Below are positions 12,701 to 27,300 of a stretch of 64,000 nt of DNA, one piece after another; positions within the stretch are counted from its first letter, which is position 1; the number at the start of each line of letters is the position of its first letter. The notes beneath the pieces are model-generated. The model saw only the letters and a program-made list of their open reading frames with translations. It was not told where the DNA came from and did no database searches. A program made the translations under genes and the position numbers. The DNA comes from Eledone cirrhosa (Eukaryota), in assembly GCA_964016885.1 (NCBI GenBank), contig OZ024741.1:119474001-119538000 (forward strand). Direction: 5' to 3'.

Positions 12701-15293
12701 AATTTTCCTTAACACATTGTCTAGCAATCCTGAACACCTCACGTTTTTGGTCCTCGCGTTGTAGAACATGCTTGAACTTTCTTTCCTCTGCTTCCCTTCT
12801 TGCAAGGTACACTTGTCTCCTAGCTTCCCTCCTTGCCGTTTGATAGTGTTCTCTACTTCCCCCATGCCTCCATACTTTCCAAGCTTGCTTCTTGGCCTTG
12901 ATTGACTCCTCTACCTTACTGTTCCACCACCATGTTACTCTCCTCCTGCCTATAGGTCTGCTCCAGCCACAGATTCCATCTGTTGCCTTCAGCAGGTTAA
13001 CTTTCAGGAATTCCCACTGTTCCTTTATACTGTATGTCTCTAATTGCTCTTCCTTACTGTCAAAAGCATCAAGTAGTATGCTTTTAAATTTGTTACTGGC
13101 TGTGGGGTCCTTTAACTTCTATATTCTTCTTCTCGGGGTAGTCCTCCTCTGTTGTCGAGTACGTCTTGTCCTGACTATGAGGTCACTAACTATGAGGCTA
13201 TGTTGGGAGGTGCATTCTTCGCGGGGGAGGGATTTAGTGTTTACAACCGACACTTTGTCACATTTTCTGGTAAGGATATAATCTATCTGACTGGCGTGTT
13301 CCCCTGATCTATAGGTGATCAAGTGATTGTCTCGTTTTTTGAAGTTTGTGTTGCAGATAGTTAGGTTATTTGCATCGCAGAATTCCAGAATTCTGAAACC
13401 TTCCTCATACCAAACCTTCCTCGTACCAAACCCGTAGCCGTCACAATGTTGTCCAACATGACCATTTAGGTCGCCAGCAATAATTATGTAGTCACTGTCA
13501 GTTAGTTGGGAGGTAGTGAGCATTAGCGACTCATAGAATCTGTTTTTTATAACGCCAGACAGTCCAGATTGGGGTGCATAAGCGGATATTATTGTCACAG
13601 TTGTTCTATTTAGGACAAGTCTTATTTTGATTATTCTGTCGTTCACTTTATTTACATCGATTACCTTATCTACCCATTTTTCTGCTAACATAATTCCTAC
13701 TCCACCCAGCCCATTTTCATTTCCCACCCAGAAAAGTTTATAGCATCGTTTTTTACCCACAATGAATCTAGCAGACCCACCCCTCCACCTAGTCTCTTGG
13801 ACGCAACATGCATCAACTTCCTTACGTTCAAGCATCTCTACAACCTCGTTAGAGTGACCTTTTAAAGGGCCTACATTCATGGTACCAACTCTGAAGTTTT
13901 GGATTTCGTTTGATGGGTGGAAGGGATGGGATGGAGGTGTAGGGAGGGGTGAAGGAGATGGGGTTAAGTTTGCCATCCGCGTCCGAAATAAAGAGGAATC
14001 CTTGCATTTTCATCCGGCCACATGAGGTGAATTAATCTTTATCTTTGACATTGTCATTTGAGTGTCCAGATTCTTCGTTCTCTCCAGAATCCCACAGTCC
14101 ATCTAGCATATCAAAGGCAACCAGGTTTAAACTTAAGGAGTGAATAGCTGAGGCGGTGGTTTTGTGTAAGAGTGTAAGGGAGACGTATAAGCCGCTGAAT
14201 TATGATTGGACCATCTAATAATGGTGGCGAGTGGGGGGGGGGGGGGATATGGGGGAGTTAACTAGAAGATTTTTGTTTTTTTTAAACCTATAAACGAATA
14301 TATAACAGTAATCAGTGTTTAAATACGAGAAGGTTATTAAACGAACGTATAACAGTAATCAAAGTTTAAATACAAGACGATTGTTTTTGAGGGTCTGACA
14401 ATTACGAATAAAATTGAAGGCTTGGATTCTAAGTAAATGAACCGTGTAAAAACATAGAGAGAGACAAAAAAATGGCGTAAATACATCACATATCTCAAAC
14501 GTCCCTTCGACAGGGATAAAGATTCGAAGAATTCTGAAATTTTGACGACCAACAGGTTCATTTTATACTTGCTAAGAGAGAGAGAGAGAGAGAGAGGGAG
14601 GCCTATTTTTGTGAAAGAGTACAGAAAAGTTCAAATATGTCAGGGCCATTTTCACAAATGATGGATGGCAGGAGGCTGAATTAAGTGCAAGAATTGCAGG
14701 AACTGATGCAGTAATACACCAGTTTCAGCATTCGGTCATCAGAAGAAGGGTGGTAGGTATAGAAACTCGCTATCTTCAATTCGGGCATGAATCTTGGCTA
14801 ATGACCTAAACAATAAAATCGTGAATGCAAGTGGCTGGAATGGGGTTCCTCCTGAGGGTCATTGGAGTAATGTTACTTAAAAGTGTGCAGAGCTCGGAGA
14901 TCACAAAGTCACTCCAAATTAAGAAATCACAGCTCCAATACTAGAGATATGTGGCCGCCAGAATGTCTAGAGATATGTGGCCGAAAGAATCACAGGACAG
15001 ATTTTACAGGCAAAATCAACCACCAAGAGACCCAGAAGCAGACCACAAGCAAAATGGTTGGATAACATCCATGAGCTCAGTTGGTCTCACTTGGAAACAG
15101 TTGTTTCTGACAGGACTCACTGGAAGGCATGCATGAGGACTCTTCCCCAATAACACTCATAAAGAGGAGAAGAAGAAAAAGAGAGTATGAAGATTAAAGT
15201 GATAAGAGAATAGTGTGCATATGTGTGTACAAATACATGCATATATAACTATAAAAATGTAATCTTAGTTACATTTTTTACAGGTATATATAC

Positions 15294-15326
<33 letters not shown>

Positions 15327-18300
15327 ATAGATATATATATATATATACATGCATACACACAACCATTTACATACATAATATATATTAGTGTCATTATCAA
15401 AAGCTCCATTTAAAATGGCATGTTGGTGTTAGTGTGTGTCATAGTATTTTGCAATGTTACTCGATATTTTATGTAGAGTAAGTAAGTATATTTATTTCTA
15501 TACATGAGTTAAATATATCTACAGCTCCATAACCTGACTACAATTCCATAAGTTTCTTGCTGATAAAAGCCATCTTCAGATACATTTTTAGCAAAGAATT
15601 CTTTTCAAGTGAAAGTTATTTACTACCAGTTGCAGGTGACGGTTACATATTATAAAGTTCAGGTTATGGAGCTGTAGATATATTTAACTCATGTATAGAA
15701 ATAAATATACTTACTTACTCTACATAAAATATCGAGTAACATTGCAAAATACTATGACACACACTAACACCAATATGCCATTTTAAATGGAGCTTTTGAT
15801 AATGACACTAATATATATTATGTATGTAAATGGATGTGTGTATGCATGTATATATGTCTGTGAAGGTGAGTGGCATAAGGCTAGGGTATTCAACTTAAAA
15901 TCATTAAACGGTGATTTTAATTCTCGGAAGGAGGGGGGGGGGGGGGGCATTGCGCCCTTGTGCAAGACACTTAATTTCACATTGCTCCAGTCCACTCAGC
16001 TGGCAAAAGTAAGTTGTAACTGTAATTCAAAAGGCCAACCTTGTGACACACTGTATCATGCTGAATCTCTCTGAGAATTACGCTATGGGTGCACATGTCT
16101 GTGGAATGCTCAGTCACTTACACATTAATTTCTTTTAATAAAAGACACTGTCCAGAATTTCAAATCGTTTTATAAACAATCAAAAATTTTGAGAGATTTA
16201 GTAATATAACTTTTTCATTATCAAGCTGGTGTTTGCAACATAACAAAGGTTCTTACATAAAGTTATGATGGAAGGTTTTTAGATAAATATAATGATTATT
16301 TTATTGATTGATGTGCAGCAATATTAATGTGCAAGAACAACAAAGCATGGATGAACTGAAGGATGAGCTGGGTATAAGAGGAATCAGAAGTAGTTTGTAG
16401 GAGAGGAGACTGAGTTGGTATGGACATGTGATGTACATAGATGATGCTCACTGGGTGAAGAAGTGCCACGTAATCCCAGTGAAAGGAAGCTGCAGTAGTG
16501 GAAAACCAAGGAAACCTAGATGGAAGTGGTGAGATCTGATCTCAGATTGCTAAAGCTCACGAAGGAGATGACAAAGGAACACAAGTGGAGAGATGCTGTA
16601 ACGAGAGGGACCCATCCAACTCATGCAAGTGAAGAACCACGGACATAAAATGATGATGATGATGATGATAAATACTTTCAGGCAAATATTTATCATGTAG
16701 AATATAGACACAGCCTGGATGAATGGTTATGAAGTTTGCTTTGTAATCATGAGCTTACAGGTTCAGCCCCACTGTGTGGAGGGAAATTTGGTAGTAGCAA
16801 TCTGTTTGGAAGCTCCTCAGATGGACTATACCTGTGATTCAAAGGGTCAGTTTTGTCACACAGTGTCATGTTGAATCTCCCATAAAAATTAGGCTAACCC
16901 TTCAGGACCATATTTCTAATGAAATACACACTATTTCAATTAATTAACAATTTTTGAAAGATTGACTACAATCATTAATTATTTCATTACTGAAATAGTA
17001 ACTAAACATATAGTTCTTATATGTAGGAAGATCTAAATTTAAATAGGAACTCTTTAAAATTGGTGGTTTTGTGACCATATTCCTATTTTGTGACACTATT
17101 GCAATTGAGTAATTAACAATTTTGAGAGATTTACTAAAATTATTAATTATTTCATTACTGAAATGGTAACCAAATATAATTGAAAGATTTTAATTTAAAT
17201 AGAAACCATTAAAATGGGTGGTTTAGTTTCATAGAACCTGAGCCAGGTTTGGTCAGTTTGTTATCAAAAGGGTTAAACTCTTTGATGGTATTTCTAATGA
17301 AATACATGCTAAGAATTTTGAGGAATTTACTAACATTTTTAATTATTTCATTACTAAGATAGTAACATAACATAGTTTTTATATAATGTTGGAAGATTTT
17401 AATTTAAATAGAATTCCTTTAAAATGTGTTGTTTTGTTTCATAGAACCAGAGCCAGTTTTTGGCTGAGTTTGTATCAAAAGGATTAAGAGTACATGTCTG
17501 TGAAATATTCAGCCACTTACAAGTTAATTTCAACAAGAGCAGTCTGTCCCATTGACCAAGAAAGTGGAACATGTATCATCAAACCAATGAAGGTTCATTT
17601 ATTCTAAAGAATTTGAAAATCTGTGGAAATATTTAGGGCATACAGTACCTGGTTTGAAGTTGGACAATTACAGTTGTATGTATTAGGAAACATGGACAGA
17701 ATCTGAGTACATCGGACACATCTAAAAAGGAAGTAAAACCTATGTCACTTCATGTTTAAATCAATGTATCTCTTTTATCCATTTTAAATATTTTCGCAAC
17801 ATTTCCATATTAACTCTCTTGATACCATCTTTCTATGAAATACACTACTTATGTTTTTCAATTAATCTTGTAAATTATCAACAAATTTAATGCAGCAAAT
17901 TGGCAGAGTCATTAGAATGTCAGATAGAATGCTTTGCAGTATTTGTTCCTGCTCTATACTCTTTCCGAGTTCAAATCCCACCAACGTCAACTTTATCTTT
18001 CATCCTTTCGAAGTTCATAAAAAAGTACCAATCCAGTACTGAGGTCAATTCTTCCTCTATATCACTTTCTCCCTTCCATTCTCTCACTAGAAGAAATAAG
18101 CTATGTTCTGACTTTGAGATGTGATGGGGTCTGCCAGGTTTAAAATGCTGTAGACGATGCCCACAACAACAATTTGAAGGAATTTAGTAAAATAACTAAT
18201 CATATTATTAGTGGTATGGTATGGTCCTGTAACTCCTGATGGAGTTGTAGGGACACCATAGTCGCAAACAGTGTTTCTTGGGCATTTTAAGTCTGGTGGA

Positions 18301-21300
18301 GCCCATCCATCTCCAAGTCTGAACACAGCAGATTTCTTCCTGAGAAGGATCGAAAGTGAGAGAGATAGTGGGGGGGGGGAGAAAGAGATATAAAGGAAGA
18401 ATCAACTACAGTACTAGACTGGTACTTTTTTTTTATTGACAGGCAAAGTTGACCATGGCGGGATTTGAACTAAAGAGCAAAGAGCTTGAACAAATACCGC
18501 AAAGCTTTCTATCTGTCATTCTGACAACTCTGCCAATTCGCTACCTATAACCATATTATTAAGCTACTATTTAATACATAGCTTAATAGAATACTACAAT
18601 AAAATACAACTTGCTCATACATGTTTCGGATTTAAGGGCAAAGCCATGAATAAGAGAGCTATGCCATCTGTTTTCCACATTGAAAGTGTCATTAAATAAA
18701 TTACTAGAAAGACATGCAATTTTCTTTAACATTATTTAAAGGTTTATCATCATTGAACAGATGAACTGAGTGCATTTTATCATGACAATAGCACTACCAT
18801 GTTACAGAGTGTACTGGATACATTTTATCATAACAATAGCACTACCACTTTACAGAGTGTAGTGACCTACATTCCGCGGGCTCACATACATTCTCTGTGC
18901 GTGATTTGGCTCAGCTCAGCCAATCAGTGCCAGTAGAAGAGGATGTATCCCTACGCGCCCTGAGGGAGAAATTCCCCGCGAAGATTTGAAGAATCTCCCT
19001 CTCGCACCCTGAACTTCGAACCAGCAACACGTACAACATGTGACGGTGAGATTTTGCACTTTGGTCTGCCGGCCTTCCCTGGGCCTGGCACAAGGGCACA
19101 TTCCCTTTTGTAACCTCATTTTATGTGTAACTTCAACCATACAAGTTAACAAACATTATTTGTGCTACAAACAAAAATAAACATACATTTCATCTCTAAT
19201 TTCTGCTATTGACATCATAAAAGTGGTGACCCCAACGTGATGAATATTTTCAGTTCAAAATATTCTTTTTGAATTTAAAAAAAAAAAATTAGCAGTATTT
19301 CAAAAAAGAAATTTACACCACGAGGAAATTTCAAAATGGTTACCACCAAGTACTTCTCTACTACCAGCCATCAGCAGCAACACATGGCTATCACCACTAC
19401 CAAATACATCAGCAGCAGCGACAACACATGGTTATCTACTAACCAACACCATGGAATGGCGATGTGGCAGCTTGTAACTTTACCGACGCAACCACCATAC
19501 CTTCTGTCTCGTTACCACAGGGACTCGAGAAATTAAGACATCAGTCTTCTCACCACTATGGCGTCAGACGTGACTGGCATATTGGTGACTCTAGGCTCTT
19601 CAACGCTCGACTTCGATTCTACAGAAGATTCATTGTGACTTTGCTTTAACAACAACTCTACTAGCTCCCTAGTAAGAGCAATCCCAAAGAAATTTCAAAG
19701 AAAAGAAAAGCGAACTTTTTGTTAAAAGAAAAGAAACAATTCTTTCTTTCTTCCTTTTTTTTTTCAGGCATTTATTTTGGACATTTATTTTTTTTAAACT
19801 GTATTATATGGAAATTCATTTTTTTCTATCATTGTATATATGACTGCATCATTTTCTTTATCATTGTATATATGACTGCACCCACACATTTTCTTTGCTG
19901 TATTACATGCCTGCACATGCACACATTTCTTTGTCACCCACCAACATGTTGTTCTTAGTATATGTTCTTCAAACGTAATATTCTGTGAGATCCCTTTTCA
20001 CCTGGTTGAGGTGCCGTCACATGCTAGCGACTCATAGAGCTTAATTCACCTGAATTCAAACAGGTACCGCAACACGAGAATGCTAATTGCAGCTGAATTC
20101 AAACAGTTTCGCATCTTGTTGCACACTCGTTGTCCATAACAACCTCCATCTTGTTACCTTACCCGACTCACTGGGAAAACAACAAATAGAACTGGACTTG
20201 TCAGCATTTCCACCACTTCTGTGGATTCGCCGGAATTATGGAATTTACACTGCAACTACTACCCACCTACAGATTCAACTTGCTTTTTTCTTTTCAAAGC
20301 AACCAGCCATTTTTTCCTGGCTCCCTAGCACTTTCGGCAATACATCTGGGAGGCCGACATTTTCTCGCCTACCCATCATCTTCTTGCCAGCACTGGTAAA
20401 CTACCATAATAGCTTCATCCACAGCTACTGGTACAACACTTACCATTAACATTTAATGCAAGAACAGCAACTTCGCCCATGTCAGACTTTATCCGTTTTC
20501 TGTTAGACCTTTGGTGGTCACGTATAAATTACAAAACAGGTAGTCATTTGACACAGCGGCTCAACACGGCCCTTAGCGCCTCATTTTTTTTCTTGCATGC
20601 ATCCTTCTGCTCAATTATTTTTTCACTGATGTGCTCTTTCAGCATTTTTTCCTGCTGATTCAATAATCTGTATCGTCTTACGTCTAGAGGGGGAGTATTG
20701 TAGTGACCTACATTCCGCGGGCTCACATACATTCTCTGTGCGTGATTTGGCTCAGCTCAGCCAATCAGCGCCAGTAGAAGAGGATGTATCCCTACACGCC
20801 CTGAGGGAAAAATTCCCCGTGAAGATTTGAAGAATCTCCCTCTTGCACCCTGAACTTTGAACCAACAACACGTACAACATGTGATGGTGAGATTTTGCAC
20901 TTTGGCCTGCCGGCCTTGCCTGGGCCTGACATAAGGGCACATTCCCTTTTGTAACCTCATTTTATGTGTAACTTCAACCATACAAGTTAAACATTATTTG
21001 TGCTACAAACAAAAATAAACATACATTTCATCTCTAATTTCTGCTGTTGACATCATTATTACGTTACTCATGTACCAACAACATCAATATACTACGCTGC
21101 TAAAAGAGTGTACTGAGTGCATTTTATTGTGATACTAGCACTATCACTTTACAGAGTGTACTGGGTGCATTTTATCATGACATTGACACTACCTCTTTAC
21201 AGGGTGTACTGGGTGTATTTTATTGTGGCACCACCACAACCACTTTACACAGTGTACTGAGTGGTTTTATCATGACACCAACTCTAAGACATAACAGTCT

Positions 21301-24300
21301 TTTACATAATACATAAATAGCATTTACATTACTCTATATATACTATTGTATTTTCACAGCAAAGGCTTTACCTCACATAATTATCTCACATATCGAATCT
21401 ATGAGATTTTGATATTATTTATTTTGAGAACAATACCTTAAAATAAGTATAAGCAGCCAGTTATGGCCTGTTTCAACAGAAAGAGGTGAGAGAATTATGG
21501 CCGGATATGGCTAGTTTAAATGCTAAAGGTTGAATATTCAGAATATTTTAATTTATGGATTATTCTAGGATGGCTCTACATCTCTGTGCCAAGTTTTGTG
21601 AAGATTTATTGAGAAATAGTGATGCTCTTTCAAGACAAACAGACAAAGCTTTACACTTACTATACAGACCAATTAGTTAATGAAATATATTGTACTAGTG
21701 GACCAATGAAGTCAATAAAGATAATAGCATTGAACGTATTTAATTTTTGAAGTACAAGATTTGTATGCCATATATACCAAGATTACTGGATATATGAACA
21801 ATCATACAAACTGGGAGATTTGTGTTTTGAGAAACTTCTGATGATTAATGACATGTGGAAGTGATTAGAGATAATATTTTAACAATTTATTTCATCGTCG
21901 TCATCATCATTATTGTTTTTTACAACATTTCCATGCTGGCATGGGTTGGACGGGACTTTTTGAAGCAATGTTTTGCAGCTGGATGCCCTTCTTGATACCA
22001 ACCTTTTTAGTTACTTCTTACGACACCCAGAGATCCAATGTATCTATTGTAAACTGGATATGCATAGTATTTCTAGGATATATTTACATAAATATTCACA
22101 TGCATGTACAAATGATTAAATGTACAAAGGATTAAATATGAGTAACTTTGGAAAAATAACTATTTGCAGGGACAAATGTATGGATTAGAACTCATGGAAG
22201 CATGGCCTAGAATCAAAAGGCCTTAAAGTTAACTTGTCTAAGACTAAAGTTCTAGTTTGTAGAAAAGAAAATAGGGCACAGGTGCCCTCAGGGAAATGGC
22301 CATGCTCAGTGTAGGAAAGGAGTAGGCAGAAATTCCATTTTATGTCCCAAATACAAACTATGGGTACATAAAAGATGTAGTGGGATCACAGGTAAACTAT
22401 CTAAGAACGTAGATTTTATATGTGGCCAATGCTCAGGTGCAATAAGTAGCAAGTGCCCACAGGATACTAGCTCCTTCTATTGCCCAGATGGTTCCATAGA
22501 AATAGTGGACACTTTCTGTTACCTGGGTAACAAAATCAGCAGTGGTGGAGGGTGCTCTGAAAGTACAGTAGCCAGAGTCAGTACAGGATGGAAAAAGTTC
22601 AGAGAGCTTATACCGCTGTTGGCCACAAAAGGTTTCTCTCTAAAAATGAAAGGCAGATTGTATGATGCCTGTATACGAACACCAATGCTACATGGCAGTG
22701 TAACATGGGCATTGCGTGCAGAGGACCTACGCAGACTGGAAAGGAACGAAGCATGCATGCTCCGTTGGATGTGTAATAATAATATACGTGAACGGCAAAG
22801 CATAAATCATCTAAGTGAGAAATTAGGAATAAAAGCGATCAGATGCTGTTTACTTGAGAGAAGACTACGTTGGCATGGTCACGTGATGCGCATGAAAGAC
22901 GACAGCTGTATAAAAAAGTGCAGGGCGATCAAAATTGGTGGTAGTTACGGAGTAGGTAGACCCAGAAAAACCTGGGACAATTTGATAAATTCCGACCTTA
23001 CACACTTGCACCTCTCTAAGACAATGTCACTGGACCGAGATCTTTGGCGCTACGCAGTAATACAGAAGACCCGCCTTGCCTATGTACAAAGCGAAACCTA
23101 CAGTCAGTAGGCACCTCTTAACCAAATATACACCCCAATCCACTACCCCTACCCTATCCTCCCACTCACACCACCCTCTCTCTGTAAAGTTGGTACCACA
23201 ACATCCAGTCGAAATAAATGAGATAATGAAATCGAGATCATGTAGGTGTCACAACAAAAAAAAACACACAGTCCACGCTGTAATGTGGCCGTGTAGGCAA
23301 CATGGTAAAAAGTTCCCAGTTCTACACTGTAAATGTGGTTAGGAAGGGCATCCAGCCGTAGAAAACCTGCCAGATAGTCCTATATGAGCGAGACACGGTC
23401 ACCCGACCAACCTTGCCTCAAGTGGGACAACTCCCGTCTAACCCATGCTAGCGTGGAAGATAGACATTAAACGAAGATGATGATGATGATGATGATGACC
23501 TAATGATTGGAAAGCAAACTTCTTAGTGTAGCAACATGCTTGACATAGAAGATACATTGTGTGTATGTTTGCATCATCATCTTCATTTTTATGTCCGTTT
23601 TTCCAAACTCACATGGGTTGGACGGGTCCTTTTCAGCTCAGTATCTCTCCACTCGCTGCATTCTTTCGTCATCTCCTCTGTGTCTCAGTGATTTTAGATT
23701 AGCTTTTACCAACTATGCCCAGGTGTTCTTTGGTCTACCTCTACTACTGCAGCTTCTTTTAAAGAGTTACAGACAGAGATGCTGCATGGTAGTGAAACAT
23801 TGACAGTGGCTGCAGAGGGCATCTCTAGGCTGGAGAGAATTGAAGCAACCATGTTTCATTGGATGTTCAATGTAAATGTGAGCAAAAGGCAGAGCTTTGA
23901 TAAACTGAGGGAGAAACTGAGTTTAAGAGGAATCTGAAGTGGTGTGCAAGAGAGAAGACTGTGTTGGTACTGAGATGTGATGTGTATGAATGATGATCGT
24001 TGGGTGAAGAAGTGCCAGGAAATCCCAGTGGAAGGAAGTCACTGTAGAGGTAGACCAAGGAAGACCTGGGCAGAGGTGGTGAGAGCTGATCTGAAACCAC
24101 TGAATATCACACAGGAGATGATGAAGGAACATGACAAGTGCTCAAAAGGACCTGTACAACCTATGCGAGCATGGAAAAATGGATATAAAAACAATGATGA
24201 TGATGAAATATATCATTGTCATCATCATTGTTTAACGTCCCTACAAACACGTGACATATTATTATGGTTGATACATACCTGTTTCTTGCACCATTCGGTA

Positions 24301-27300
24301 TAGAGTTCCCTTCACATGACAGACATTTATGAGTAATCTGATTTAGGGAATCTTTTACCAATTCTCCATTTAATTCTCTCTCCACTGTATCAGAGACAGA
24401 CAAACACAATGTAATGAGTATTATACAAGGTATCCCTAAAGTCTGGACACAAAGGAAAAATGCATATTTTCAATTAAAAAAATTCAACATTTTATTTAAT
24501 TGAAATATTAATAAAAAAACATCTTCAATGTAATTTCCAACATTTGTGATGCAAAGTTCAATGTGCTTTGTGAGATTCACATCAACTCAATGCATTAACT
24601 CTACATTTCCGTTCACACTTTTGGGGCACCCTGTAGAAGTCATAAATTAACTTTTAACATTCTGTAATGAATTATCAGAAAATAACTAAAAAAAAAAAAA
24701 AATTTTAATGGGTTTTTTAATTCAAATGTTTATAGTATCGTTACTACTGGAGGACACATTTTTGCAAAAGTTTGCAATAAACTAAAGACATTAATTTTTC
24801 ATGTGATGTAGTCATAGTACTGTTTTGTACTTTTCAAGAATGTGTTACTAATGTGGTAGCATATAGTACAAGACATTAAGAGTTTAAACACTTCAGTGCG
24901 ATGTTACATGGTAGCAAAACATGCACTTTGAATGTAGAGGATGTGCATAAACGATGAAGCACTGAATAGTTAAAATAAAAACTAGGTATAAAAGGATCTG
25001 TCTTCCTTTGATTATGTATACAAACGGTGGATTGGCAGTATTGGTAGAGGGTCGGACGCCATGCTTTGACGCATAGAGTTACGGCCCTTGCCATTCTGAG
25101 TTCAAATCCCGCCGAGGTTAACTTTGCCTTTCATCCTTACGGAGTCGATAAAATAAAGTACCAGTAATACACTGGGTAATTGCTGGCCTTGTGCCTAACG
25201 TAGAAACCATTATGTATACAAACATCATAAAATCATTAGAGATATAAATGCTGTCAAGTTATCATCATCATCTAACATTACTACTTAATCAGTGCTACTG
25301 AACTCTAAGATAGGCTGTGGACTGCATCTCCATTGCATACATTCCTGCACTATACAGAGTGCATTTTATTGTGGAAGGTGCATTTTGAAATGCCCAAGAC
25401 ATGTCATATATGAGAAAATCCTCTCTATGATTCCATCATGAGTTAAGCGCCTTCTCTCTTAGTTGATATGGAGAGAAAGAGACAAAAAAATGGGTAGAAG
25501 TTAAGTGTTCTCTAAATGAAAGCTCAACAAATAGGATATCAAACTATAAGTTTTACCTGATATATCATTGGCAAGACACTGTGTACACTTATTATTGGAT
25601 ATCAAAGTATCATTGCGACAGTAGATACAATTCCAACCATCTTCTGAAGTGGACTGTACATAATAAAAGAAAAATGTTTTGTCAGAAGAATTATTATTTT
25701 ACATCCAACTGCAAATCACTATAATAATAGTTGAGAAAATCGGGTAAAATACCACTGGAGACAGAAAGAAGTGGACAGAAGCACTGATAGGTGCTCGAAA
25801 GGAAATTAAAGTTGCATCACATAGGAGGTTTCTTGGGTGTTTTAATGAAAGAGGGCCTAGTTCTGCAACATGAAATGGAGTGTGGTTTTCAAGAACACAA
25901 CATGCTACCCAGAACAGGAATTAAACCCCTGCTCTTACGATCAAGAGTCCAACAGCCTAACCACAAGGCCATGCACTTTCTTCGTTTCACCCAACAATCA
26001 TCATCCATATGCACCAAACATCTGTACCAGTACAATTTCCTTTCTTTCACAGAACATCTAAGTCCTGTTATACCAGCTTCTTCTCTGCATTAATGCAGCC
26101 TAATGCTATATATTAAAGGGATGGAGCAAGGTTGATTTACCACAAGATGAAAAATTAGAGTTTTGCCTCTCACTTAAAAACCAGTTCTCTAACCCTTTCA
26201 TTACCATATTTCTCATGAAAAACACTGCCTATGATTTTCATATAACTGTGAATTTGGAGGGGTTTAGTGACATAACTAAGTTTGTCATTATTAAGCTGGT
26301 AAGAATGCAGTGGTTTAGCAGAATTGTTAGAGCATCAGACAAAATGACTCATCTTTACAGGGTTGATAAAATACCAGTAACGCACTGGGGTCGATTTAAT
26401 CGAGTTTCCCCTGCCTCAAAATTGTTGACCTTGTGTTGAGATTAGAAATCATTATTAAGCTGGTGTTTGGAACATAACTAAACAAAGGTTCTTGCATAGA
26501 ATTATGATAGAAGGCATTCTAGAACCAGTGGCAGTTTTAAGAGGTTTAGTATGAAAAGTATTAAAGCCTTATAAATAGTAAGATAAACCCCCCCTCATCT
26601 GGGATGGCACATGCAGCGACACTTTCTCTGGCGGCAACCTGGTGCAGTCTGCAACTAAACCAGGCTCTGCTGCACTTCAGGCCAAGGAAGGTAATCTCTC
26701 CAAATATCGGTCGCTCTCCGACAGGTTTGCCGTCGAGCCCATAGCAGTGGAGACTTCTGGTGTCCTTAGCCCAAAGACCACATCCCTACTCACCACCATC
26801 AGCACAGAATTAGCTACTCGCAGGTGTGAGCCTCGCGAGCTGGAATGGCTCTTCCAACGTGTCTCCCTCACCATCCTCTGGGGAAACACCTTCTCTATTC
26901 TGTCTGCCGGAGATACGGTGTGGCCAGCATGTGGGCCCCCATTAGCTTATGATAATGAGAGATGGAGAGAGCAAGAGAGACGGAGGTAGTGACAATGGGA
27001 ATTTGATTCTCCCATGTTCAGTCCTTTTTAGGAATTTTTTGTTTCAGTGTGTACAATCACATACATATAGGAAATACTGTATTGCTATGCATGTGTTAAA
27101 GTTCTCTAGTTATAATTCATTCAAATAAACTATTAAAATAAAAATTACCCAATTTGCTCCACATTTTTCGCATTGTATTGCCCGGGGTCCCATCTTTTTT
27201 GTATATTTGTATCCTGGTTTGCACAGACAAGATAAACCTACAAATTAATAAATATTTAGCCAGTTTAGAAAATATTAGAGAGCTTTTCACATCGCTACAA

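Noticed and set aside
18911-19152. Duplicated small ORFs (also 20752-20981)
   Set aside because: Antisense readings of the two LTRs.
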